NCBI GenBank assembly: GCA_038871515.1
Contig: JAVZHX010000002.1
Coordinates: 132,641 to 196,640, forward strand
DNA: 64,000 bases
Direction: 5' to 3'
Source of the DNA: Candidatus Micrarchaeia archaeon
GTDB taxonomy: Archaea; Micrarchaeota; Micrarchaeia; Burarchaeales; Fermentimicrarchaeaceae
Below, in pieces: positions 56,801-64,000 of this stretch; positions within the stretch are counted from its first letter, which is position 1, and the number at the start of each line of letters is the position of its first letter. Made by a program: the position numbers and the translations under genes. The notes under the pieces were generated by a model that was not told where the DNA came from, searched no databases, and saw nothing but the letters and a program-made list of their open reading frames with translations.

Positions 56801-56987
56801 TATGTGGGTTTGTTAAATACTGATAGGACCAGTTAAAAGGAACGTGAAATATTTTTGTTTTTCCAATGTAGATTGAGTTGGATGGGTCAAGCGCGATGAA
56901 CTCTGCTGGCGGTTCAGGAGGCCTTACAAACAACGGCCTCTTTGCAAGCTCCTTGCTCATTATGGATTGAACGCGTATTTTTCCCAT
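53844..56987 (-). CDS. VirB4/HerA-like ATPase interrupted by an intein
   Basis: Spliced form NPHICIVGITGAGK|SYFVK; IIIDWAGEY; LVVLDEAW; REGRKY; ASQNP. Confidence 0.88.
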   Translation of the reverse strand: MGKIRVQSIMSKELAKRPLFVRPPEPPAEFIALDPSNSIYIGKTKIFHVPFNWSYQYLTNPHICIVGITGAGKSISPDEKVLVRVDGNEKLVRIGELVDSLIEQEGAEEIDGCTCVRNPNVEVYTFDSTLKAKWSRVVTAARKEAPEQMYKFTTSSGREVKTTGDHNIVVFRDGYIRVVKSSEVQPGDFVPTPRSINSNSNLDELNLLDLLGESKLYVTGLNFVRFSWEKIESNLPIDEQYDKYIRFYKHGRAVPLRYFRKLLRTSPLEKEEMKKLRIRARNGRINLPAILPITPELARLLGFITAEGNTAKDFIHVSNCNKEFLAEVERCASSVGSSSFRVRKGVRIASEPFIQLIKSLLLHKKSGERAVPSFIFSCSRKIISEYLRGYFEGDGSVEHHAVCATTKSRELANDLLYLLLKFGVNARVHSHWKRATNSSHSGSYYYRITISGKKNLEKFAEIGFAFKTKNEKLAKLLAKTKAHSNVDLIPEIGSVVNRLVKNGVLRRTQMTYSIAAGLRTPSREYLAGMLNEVESNFAGYAPQLSHQLSLDESEPTIWDDVEFLKLLSNSDIVWDRISNIEKINSNSPYVYDLEVDEEVFLAGFGGVFVHNSYFVKTFLSRAAFVWGSNAIIIDWAGEYRAWVKQAGGRIIALGKGDFINLMDLGGMKPLDRVKQIIRTLEILTDIGQYPEQKRLTEEALEETYKEAGFKLNEVEQKGADGKPLTPPTLKDVVKILEDKLKSGTYEFPAELENAIYRLRNFCRPGEDYFAQQSTVKLEELTEVGLVDVDMSGLPDEVMRGLAGLFILQFLKEKMRAAGWAATKGLRVLVVLDEAWKIAKDERSDAIMIVREGRKYNFGLIVASQNPTDIHEAIFSNVGTNFILRVKFQKFLDYIQGSLNFSDYMREEISKFGVGQCAVNMAFQTSTKFPETFLLERVHGEEPLEEYFLDVESILTQAQLADETIPKNYSFEKNELKNKLTEFGMDDIKASELINIFSKGNKHMDILEFVKFLDKNDLARSNITSFLKVIGMEDAMIIDIFNRIDSGG
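55155..56768 (-). mobile_element. Intein (538 aa) with LAGLIDADG homing endonuclease
   Basis: N-terminal SISPDEKVLV, block B TTGDHN, LLGFITAEG and LRGYFEGDG, block F VYDLEV, C-terminal VHN|S. Confidence 0.92.
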
Positions 56988-56996
56988 AAATATAAA

Positions 56997-57836
56997 TTAT
57001 ATTGCTCCCTTTAAATCTTTAGGTGTTGGCGGGAATGCAACCTCCCATTCAAAGCATCTTTTCATATCCTCTCCTGTGAGAGTTGTTATCTCTATATTCA
57101 GCGTGTTTGAGAAGTTCGCTTTGAGTTCATTTGCCTGTGCTTTTACAGTTGCTATTGCAGCTTCTGGGCTTACACCAAGCGCGGTGGTTGTTATGTACAT
57201 AATTGTTCCCATAGGCTTCTCTCCGGATGATAATCTGGCGAGCATCTCGTTCTGCCTTGCAACTTCCCTCTCCCATTTGTCTATCATTATTGGGTCAGGG
57301 CGCGGTTTCTCCCTCTCCCTCCCGAGCCTCAGCTGTGCTGCAGCTCTTTTTGTTTCAATATCCTCCCTGAATTTAAGAATGTCTTCTATGTATGTCATTA
57401 TGCAAAACTTAAATGGGAATTTTATGCTTGCAACTGCCCTCTCCCATAGATCCATATAGGAAGCCTGCTCCTCCTGAACGCCAACAGCTGCGGATTCATA
57501 GAACCTGGCGTAGAGGAACATTGTTGCGTAATACAAACCACCAACGTTTTTTATAATCACATCCTGCGAAGGAGGTATTTCAAACCCACCTGCACGTATT
57601 TCGGTTACCTTTAAAATTTTTGTTATTAACGGTAGAACCATAAAGCCAACTTTGTAGATTAAAACATCCAGCACTGCGAAGAATATGCTGGCAAGCACTG
57701 CGATAATTCTGAAATCGCCTAAACCAGGTGAGGTTAAGCCAATCATCAAACATAGGAAGCAGATTCCGAGCGCTAGAGCTGTGAAAGTCTTTTCGTTCAT
57801 TCCTATTGGGATTCCTCCAACTGGCATTTCAATCAC
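56997..57836 (-). CDS. 2-TM membrane protein with cytoplasmic alpha/beta and coiled-coil domain (paralog A)
   Basis: QDVIIKNVGGLYYATMFL, MDLWERAV and LTGEDMKRCFE are shared with the neighbour. Confidence 0.8.
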   Translation of the reverse strand: MIEMPVGGIPIGMNEKTFTALALGICFLCLMIGLTSPGLGDFRIIAVLASIFFAVLDVLIYKVGFMVLPLITKILKVTEIRAGGFEIPPSQDVIIKNVGGLYYATMFLYARFYESAAVGVQEEQASYMDLWERAVASIKFPFKFCIMTYIEDILKFREDIETKRAAAQLRLGREREKPRPDPIMIDKWEREVARQNEMLARLSSGEKPMGTIMYITTTALGVSPEAAIATVKAQANELKANFSNTLNIEITTLTGEDMKRCFEWEVAFPPTPKDLKGAI

Positions 57837-58642
57837 ACCGATGGAGCTTCCTCCCTTATTAGGGGTGGCGCCACATACTCAACCTCAAAACATCTCTTCA
57901 TATCCTCTCCAGTAAGAACTGCAACCTCGGCGTTTAGCGTTGTTGCAATTGTTGATTTTATCTCGTTTGCCTGGTTCTTCACAGTTGCAAGTGCCATTTC
58001 TGGTGTAGGGCCGGAAGCAGTTGTCATAACATACGTCATCTGCGCGATTGGGTTTTCCCCTGTTGATAGTTTTGAGAGCAAGTTATCCCACATCGCAACT
58101 TCTCTCTCAAGCGTTTCAATTTTCTGCTTATCTTCCTGGGGCTTTCCTCTCTCATCTGCAAGCTTCAGCTGAGCCTCTGCTTTTTTGTTCTCAACTATCG
58201 CTCTGTATTTTGATAAATCCTTAACATAGGAGATTAAAACGAATTTTGTAACCAGCTTCATGCTTGAAACTGCTCTCTCCCAAAGCTCCATAAAAGCAAA
58301 CTTCTCCTCCTCACTTTTCTCTGTTGTTGATTCGTATATTTTAACTTGCAGAAACATGGATGCATAATACGTGTTGCCAATTTTTTTGATAACTGCGTCC
58401 TGTGTTGGTGTTATCTCATATGGCTCCTCAATTACATCTATCACCCTAACCTTTTTTGTTAAGAGAGGAACAATCCAGTAACCATATTTGAATGTTATAA
58501 GCCCAACTGTTGATAGGGCAGCTGCAAGCGCTACAACAATTGGGGTGAGCCCACCGAATAAAGCACCACCTACAAATACTAGCACTACTAATGCTCCTGA
58601 AACGGCAAAGCAGATTAGTGCGATGTTTCTCTCAGCTGGCAT
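57833..58642 (-). CDS. 2-TM membrane protein (paralog B)
   Basis: QDAVIKKIGNTYYASMFL, MELWERAV, LTGEDMKRCFE; likely start ATG 58642. Confidence 0.8.
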   Translation of the reverse strand: MPAERNIALICFAVSGALVVLVFVGGALFGGLTPIVVALAAALSTVGLITFKYGYWIVPLLTKKVRVIDVIEEPYEITPTQDAVIKKIGNTYYASMFLQVKIYESTTEKSEEEKFAFMELWERAVSSMKLVTKFVLISYVKDLSKYRAIVENKKAEAQLKLADERGKPQEDKQKIETLEREVAMWDNLLSKLSTGENPIAQMTYVMTTASGPTPEMALATVKNQANEIKSTIATTLNAEVAVLTGEDMKRCFEVEYVAPPLIREEAPSV

Positions 58643-58650
58643 AACACCAC

Positions 58651-59655
58651 TTACAGAAGCCTTACTATTCCCTGCCCTATCTCGGTTATGTCTGCACCGA
58701 GTAATGGGGAGATTGTTCTTATAAATGTGAATGTCACAATGAGAACGAGCATTGGGTAATAGAATATTTTTAACCAGACAGAGGATAACCAGCCCAGTAT
58801 CCATGCAGAAGCAGCTCTCAGCTGGGGTGAGAGAGCTCTTTCGGTTGCAACATCAGATGCGCTTTCAAAATCGCTTTTGCATGCGCCAAACTCATCAAGA
58901 TTGAACCCACCAATGCTGTTTCCAAGTTCATTTGCTTTATTTCTAACTTCAGATGGGTTTTCTGACATCATGGCAACAAACGTGAACATAATTGGATAGA
59001 CGATTGACAACCCTATTCCAATTGCAATGAGCAAACCACCTGCACCTCTTGTCCATGGGAATATTCTCAATAATACTCCTGCGGGTATGAAAACTGTGAA
59101 GCCGGTGTTGTAGAAAAGGTGTATGAGAGCTCTCTGAAAAGCTGTGAGGATGGCTGCCATAGTCACAACATACGCTTGGAAGTGGAAGTGCTCGCTTACT
59201 GGTGATAGAATTAGCTCGAAGGGAGAGAAGTCTAACCCAGCTGCATTGAAGTAAAATGTGAATGTTGTGAGAAACTCTATGATGAAGTTTATTCTGTAAA
59301 CGTTGATATATATTGAATAAAGCGAGCTCATAACCCCGTCTAAGTAAACATATGCTTTTTTGTACGGGTTCATCCCACCGATCATTGTCTGAAATCCTTC
59401 GTTCAGCATGACATCCATCATAAAGATTAAACCACCAACAATCACTGCGCTTGCCAGCGCTTGATAAAATTCTGATTTTGCCCATTTTCTCAATCCATCC
59501 AAATTCAGGGCAATGCCAAGCATATAAGCTAATGCGACAACAAGGAAAGCGGTTACAACTGCAGTTAATGCAACTGGCTGCCAAACATTCCAAACTCCTT
59601 CAACTGCAACTGGAGTTGCACCCCAGGGTTCCGTCCACCAAATTATCTGCATCAT
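58651..59655 (-). CDS. Polytopic membrane protein, VirB6/CedA-like paralog 5
   Basis: WAKSEFYQALASA; GVLLRIFPWTRGAGGLLIAIGIG; C-terminal SPLLGADI. Confidence 0.7.
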   Translation of the reverse strand: MMQIIWWTEPWGATPVAVEGVWNVWQPVALTAVVTAFLVVALAYMLGIALNLDGLRKWAKSEFYQALASAVIVGGLIFMMDVMLNEGFQTMIGGMNPYKKAYVYLDGVMSSLYSIYINVYRINFIIEFLTTFTFYFNAAGLDFSPFELILSPVSEHFHFQAYVVTMAAILTAFQRALIHLFYNTGFTVFIPAGVLLRIFPWTRGAGGLLIAIGIGLSIVYPIMFTFVAMMSENPSEVRNKANELGNSIGGFNLDEFGACKSDFESASDVATERALSPQLRAASAWILGWLSSVWLKIFYYPMLVLIVTFTFIRTISPLLGADITEIGQGIVRLL

Positions 59656-59663
59656 TTTTTCAC

Positions 59664-60695
59664 CTATATCAATCTTGTGAGGTTGCTCACATCTACCTCC
59701 TCACCCAACGCATACGAAAGTCCTTTCACAAAAGATATTAAGATCATGAACATAACAAGTGGCATAAAGATTGCACCAACAATTGTTTTTCCTATGAAGC
59801 CAACGAAGAACTCGGAAAGGGGATTACCTGTGAACCAGCTTGGGTCGGTTGGACTGAGACCTGATTCCTTGAATGAGTCTGACATACCTTCATAGCTCAT
59901 CTGCACATCTCCGAGCACTGCGCCGTAGAAGAGAACTGCAAGAAGAGGGTAAAAGAAAAAGAAGCCAATTGCTAATGCTATCAAACCTCCTCCAAACCCT
60001 CTTGTTGCACCAAAAGATCTTAGAAGAACACCTATTGGGAAGAGGATGACGAATAAGCTTTCCATCATTTTCAGCAGAACCATCTGGGTTAGCACCATTA
60101 TTGCTGATGTCATGAGAACAATCATTGCCATGGTGAGGCTGCTTGATATGTCGCTGAAAACCGCCAGCGGGCTGATCATCACGCCGACTCCTCCAGGTGC
60201 TTTTCCAATCGTCATTGTTGCAACGGACGACATAACTGCATTCAACCCAGCTACTGTCACGTAGCCAGTCATTATTGTTGAGTAGAAGTCACTCAAATAA
60301 CCGAATGCAACGTTTATCATGTTGCAGTTATCCCCTGTACAGCCCGTGTCTATCCCCAAAGTGTTCAAATCAAGCGAGCAGAGGAAGGAAACAAACCCAA
60401 TTACAAAAATAGTTATTGCCATAGCGAGTATTGCCTCCTCCATCTGCTCCTTTGCCCACAGCGTAACTTTTCGGTGAACAAGCACGTGCCCCAACGTATA
60501 AACAAACGCTGCAACTAGGAAAACAGTTGAGGCAGCAAGGATGGATAAACTCTGCCAATTCCCCCAGTAGGTTTCGAACTCGGAGCTCACTGCTCCTGAA
60601 CTGCATGCTGGCTTTACTGTTAATGTCCCTCCAGTAGCGGTACAGCCAAACCACATCAGCGAGAGCAGTAACAAACCAATTATGTATTTTTTCAT
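59664..60695 (-). CDS. Polytopic membrane protein, paralog 4
   Basis: WAKEQMEEA; GVLLRSFGATRGFGGGLIA; C-terminal ALGEEVDV. Confidence 0.7.
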   Translation of the reverse strand: MKKYIIGLLLLSLMWFGCTATGGTLTVKPACSSGAVSSEFETYWGNWQSLSILAASTVFLVAAFVYTLGHVLVHRKVTLWAKEQMEEAILAMAITIFVIGFVSFLCSLDLNTLGIDTGCTGDNCNMINVAFGYLSDFYSTIMTGYVTVAGLNAVMSSVATMTIGKAPGGVGVMISPLAVFSDISSSLTMAMIVLMTSAIMVLTQMVLLKMMESLFVILFPIGVLLRSFGATRGFGGGLIALAIGFFFFYPLLAVLFYGAVLGDVQMSYEGMSDSFKESGLSPTDPSWFTGNPLSEFFVGFIGKTIVGAIFMPLVMFMILISFVKGLSYALGEEVDVSNLTRLI

Positions 60696-61624
60696 ATCAA
60701 CCCACTCAGTCCACCTAAATCTATTTCGGCACCGAATATTTTTGCAAGCTCATTTATCAACACCAATGTGACTATGAGGTTGAACATTGGCATGAATATA
60801 ACAAATATGAATAAATAAAGAATTGCTGGATAGGCAACAAACTTTATAAGAGAGAGGAACATATTCCCACCAAAGTCAGGTGTGTTTGTTGTGCAGCTCA
60901 TAGGATCATCACGACAGCTGCTTCCCAACCCAAGCGCATTGGCGAAGTTACGAGCACCTCCGACAAGTGCCAATGGTTTTATTGTTTCGTCGTATATTGC
61001 CTTGTCAAACACCCAGAGGAAGGGATAGAAAATGTAGAAACCAAGGAAAACTGCTATGATTGCGCCTCCTGCAGGTCTGCTGAATGGAAATGCTCTGAGT
61101 GCTATTCCTATTGGAAGGAGGATTTGGAACTGTGTTTTTATGAATGTGAGAAAGGAACCCTGGCCGAGCAGAAGCCCAATCCCACCGAGCACTGCTTCCA
61201 TTCCAAGCGACAGCATTGAGGTGACTGGAGCCAAACCAACAAATGGGTTTATGTTGAAACCTGTTTGAGTGGGCATTGCTTTGAAGACAAGACTCTGTAG
61301 CATCCCAAAAAATGCATCCATCTCAACAATTGCAATGAAGAAACTCATCATCGAAGTGGTGAGCATGCTTATGTAATTTGATACAATTCCAAATGGATCC
61401 GCTCCATATAGACTTACCATAGTAGCGTCAATTGTTGATATAAAGGAGAGAAGCAGAACTGCAAGCAAACCACTGGCTATTGCTTGGTAAAGCTCATCCT
61501 TTGCCCAAGCCTGAAGCTTTGGCAGATGGAAGCCCATCCCAACCATATAAGCAAGCGCAACAAAACCAAACATCAGTGAGATAACCGCAAAGGTTATTCC
61601 ATACCATTCAGCCCAGCTTACCAT
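60692..61624 (-). CDS. Polytopic membrane protein, paralog 3
   Basis: WAKDELYQAIAS; GIALRAFPFSRPAGGAIIA; C-terminal IFGAEIDL. Confidence 0.7.
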   Translation of the reverse strand: MVSWAEWYGITFAVISLMFGFVALAYMVGMGFHLPKLQAWAKDELYQAIASGLLAVLLLSFISTIDATMVSLYGADPFGIVSNYISMLTTSMMSFFIAIVEMDAFFGMLQSLVFKAMPTQTGFNINPFVGLAPVTSMLSLGMEAVLGGIGLLLGQGSFLTFIKTQFQILLPIGIALRAFPFSRPAGGAIIAVFLGFYIFYPFLWVFDKAIYDETIKPLALVGGARNFANALGLGSSCRDDPMSCTTNTPDFGGNMFLSLIKFVAYPAILYLFIFVIFMPMFNLIVTLVLINELAKIFGAEIDLGGLSGLI

Positions 61625-61632
61625 TTTTTCAC

Positions 61633-62808
61633 CTACAATATTCTTGTAAGACCGGCAATTTCAACATCTCCTCCAAGCTGCGGGGAGAGAACTTTGATGA
61701 ACGAAATTGTGACAAGAATTATAAGCAGTGGCAGGAATGTGCCTGGCACCATGAGGTAACCTACTGTTGGGAGAACGCCATTGTAAGGAGTCATCATCCC
61801 CGCGTATACGTCTGAGCCGTATCCGCCACACAAATGTTTGCTCTCTCCACTTTCAACGATTGTTGTGCAAGAGGAACCAGGGCAGTCTGCATTACTAACG
61901 CACCCATTTTTGAAAAGGAATGATGGATCCCAGTAGTTTGCAACTGCTTGAGGAAGCCCTGGGATTACGTAAACTACTAAACCTGCTACTCCAGTGCAGA
62001 AGGGTCTGGTTCCATCTCCTTCAGGAAGAAAGTTGCCAGTGCAAGCCCACGTGTTTGGGTCGTTACCTGTGTAATAGAAAGTGTGCGCATTGAAAGTGAA
62101 GTAGCTTTCAAGCATCACGTAAAGTAATGGGTAGATTGTGTAAAGAGCAAGCGCTATTGCTATAAGTAAACCGCCAACTCTCCTTGAGAAAAAGAAAGTT
62201 CTCAAGATGATACCCATCGCAAGCAAGCTTGGGAAGAGGGCTTGCTTTATGAAAGTTAACATGTACCACTGTGCTATGATGCTTGAGAGCATTGGAAGCA
62301 GAACTGAGAAAGTGTATTCAAGCGAGTCAAGCACCATACTTCCCCCTTTCCAAAGATACCATGAGAAACCGAATGCGGTTCTGCATTGCCCTATGATGCA
62401 CAAACCACCTTCTGGGCCAACAGTGAAATCATAGAATTTTCCCATATTTGTTATCATACCCACTCTTATACTCAAATTGAATATGTGCTCAACTTGCTTT
62501 GTTACATTTAGTTTCAGTTTGTTGAGTATTCCAATTGCAACATCAACATGGTCTTGCCCAGGAGTGCATTTTCCAGTAACAGTACAGGAGAAGTTGGCGA
62601 TTGCAGTTACTATTATAATGGCTGCTCCAACAATAAATGCGCTTGCAAGTGCTTGGTAAAGCTCATCCTTTGCCCAAACTTCCAACCTGCGTATACCAAA
62701 AACGTGGGAGAGCGCATAGGCGAGAGCAGCAAAAAGAATGGAAAGCACTGCTGCAGCTACTGCAACTGACTGCCAACTGCTCCATAAAGTTGCAAATGCA
62801 CTACTCAT
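61633..62808 (-). CDS. Polytopic membrane protein, paralog 2, with Cys-rich loops
   Basis: WAKDELYQALASA; GIILRTFFFSRRVGGLLIA; C-terminal SPQLGGDVEI. Confidence 0.7.
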   Translation of the reverse strand: MSSAFATLWSSWQSVAVAAAVLSILFAALAYALSHVFGIRRLEVWAKDELYQALASAFIVGAAIIIVTAIANFSCTVTGKCTPGQDHVDVAIGILNKLKLNVTKQVEHIFNLSIRVGMITNMGKFYDFTVGPEGGLCIIGQCRTAFGFSWYLWKGGSMVLDSLEYTFSVLLPMLSSIIAQWYMLTFIKQALFPSLLAMGIILRTFFFSRRVGGLLIAIALALYTIYPLLYVMLESYFTFNAHTFYYTGNDPNTWACTGNFLPEGDGTRPFCTGVAGLVVYVIPGLPQAVANYWDPSFLFKNGCVSNADCPGSSCTTIVESGESKHLCGGYGSDVYAGMMTPYNGVLPTVGYLMVPGTFLPLLIILVTISFIKVLSPQLGGDVEIAGLTRIL

Positions 62809-64000
62809 TGAAATACCTCTTCAAAATTCTGGCTTAAAATCCTTGCTGCATTCTTTACGAACGTGAGAGTTATAACTAAATTTAGAGTTGGGAGGAATAC
62901 TGCTTGTGGGATGAGAAAAGCTGCCTCCTTCATAAGGTGGTACAATGCTATCAGTGCAAGCGGTATAAATGGTGAAACTACGCCCGTGAGGAAGGATGGG
63001 ACAAACGCTTCAACAAGAGGTAGTGAAATTTGGGGTATCACGGTGTCAACAATCATCTTATTCATAACAAAACAGAGCGGATACACAATATACAAACCAA
63101 GCGCTAGAGCGATAAGCATTGCACCTGCTTTTCTTAGGAATGGAAATATTCTGAACAGAATCCCAAGCGGGAGCATTATTCTGAAAGCAAATGCTTGTAT
63201 AATTGATAAACCTATATCTTGAACCATAAGGCTTGCTGAAATGCCCGCAAAGAAAGAGTAGATGTAGTCAAAACAAACTGCAACTGCTCTCAAACCTGCG
63301 TTTGGCATGAAACCAGTTCCAAGTCCTCCTGGCCCAACCATCATCTTATAACCCGCAACCATCTGGCAGATGATGCTGTACTGGAAAGCAGTTGTTGCGA
63401 GGTTGAGTGTTTTATCCCATACCAAACCATTGAGGTAGGTATGGGCTATATTGAATGGGTCATCTCCTGCCAGAGTTATGAAAACATTGCAAATAACGCT
63501 GAGCACAAGTATTAACAGTATCATAATCGCAACAGAGATTATTATTTGGTAAAATTCGTCCTTCACCCAAACTTCCCACTCTTTCTTCACAAGTATTTTT
63601 GACACCATATACACAACTGCAAGCAAAAGCAGAATTGTTCCCAACCCCATAAACGCAAGGTAGATCCACCCCCCGCTCCACCACTCATCGCTGATGCAGC
63701 AGGGGGGGTAAGGTGGTGTTGGAGGGCATGCGATGCTTGTTGAAGGAGGGGCTGCCGGTGCAACAACCGTATATGTAACAGAGACGCTTCTGACATTCCC
63801 CTGGCTGTCTGTTGCTGTCACTACCATTGTGTGGGTACCGACAGAGGTGGAGTAACCTGTATGAGAGACGGTTGGGTTCGGATCGCAGTTATCCGTTGCT
63901 GAGTAGGATGGGAGAGGCACCATACCTGCCATATATGTTGCACCATCTGTAGGGGAGAGTATAGTTATTGTTGGAGCCTGAGAGTCTTGGGATTGAATTT
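62805..64000 (-). CDS. Polytopic membrane protein, paralog 1, with N-terminal Ig-like domain; 5' end outside window
   Basis: Frame is open to the window edge (DSQAPTITILSPTDGATY...VTATDSQGN); WVKDEFYQ; GILFRIFPFLRKAGAMLIA. Confidence 0.75.
   Translation of the reverse strand, partial: IQSQDSQAPTITILSPTDGATYMAGMVPLPSYSATDNCDPNPTVSHTGYSTSVGTHTMVVTATDSQGNVRSVSVTYTVVAPAAPPSTSIACPPTPPYPPCCISDEWWSGGWIYLAFMGLGTILLLLAVVYMVSKILVKKEWEVWVKDEFYQIIISVAIMILLILVLSVICNVFITLAGDDPFNIAHTYLNGLVWDKTLNLATTAFQYSIICQMVAGYKMMVGPGGLGTGFMPNAGLRAVAVCFDYIYSFFAGISASLMVQDIGLSIIQAFAFRIMLPLGILFRIFPFLRKAGAMLIALALGLYIVYPLCFVMNKMIVDTVIPQISLPLVEAFVPSFLTGVVSPFIPLALIALYHLMKEAAFLIPQAVFLPTLNLVITLTFVKNAARILSQNFEEVFQ

Noticed and set aside
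35318..64000. Integrated conjugative element
   Set aside because: No integrase, relaxase, att repeat or tRNA boundary is visible. It cannot be fully excluded because the cluster continues beyond the window.

Overview
Gene-dense archaeal chromosome segment with TATA/BRE promoters, GAGGTGA Shine-Dalgarno sites, an intron-containing tRNA and an archaeal GluRS. The gene content suggests a DPANN lineage such as Micrarchaeota, but that is inference. The left half (1-31.8 kb) is housekeeping and metabolic: GH57 plus GT4 glycogen genes, tandem tRNA-Tyr/tRNA-Asp, gltX, the mevalonate-to-DMAPP part of the modified (Aeropyrum-type) mevalonate pathway, a trpB2 plus SerK-like kinase pair, a DUF4430 plus ECF S-component pair, MEMO1, adenylate kinase and many orphan ORFs. 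At 31.9-34.1 kb lies a solo TnpB with a rearranged RuvC site, bracketed by a perfect 17-bp inverted repeat and flanked by polyacidic micro-ORFs and structured non-coding segments. The right half (35.3-64 kb) is one ~29 kb minus-strand cluster that runs off the window edge. It holds five paralogous polytopic membrane proteins, two further paralogous membrane proteins, an intein-containing VirB4/HerA-like ATPase, accessory proteins, a 2700-aa surface protein and a 1787-aa coiled-coil membrane protein, with a second ATPase converging on it. This is the best candidate for an undescribed type IV secretion-like or cell-contact system. Family calls come from motif recognition only; no searches were run.
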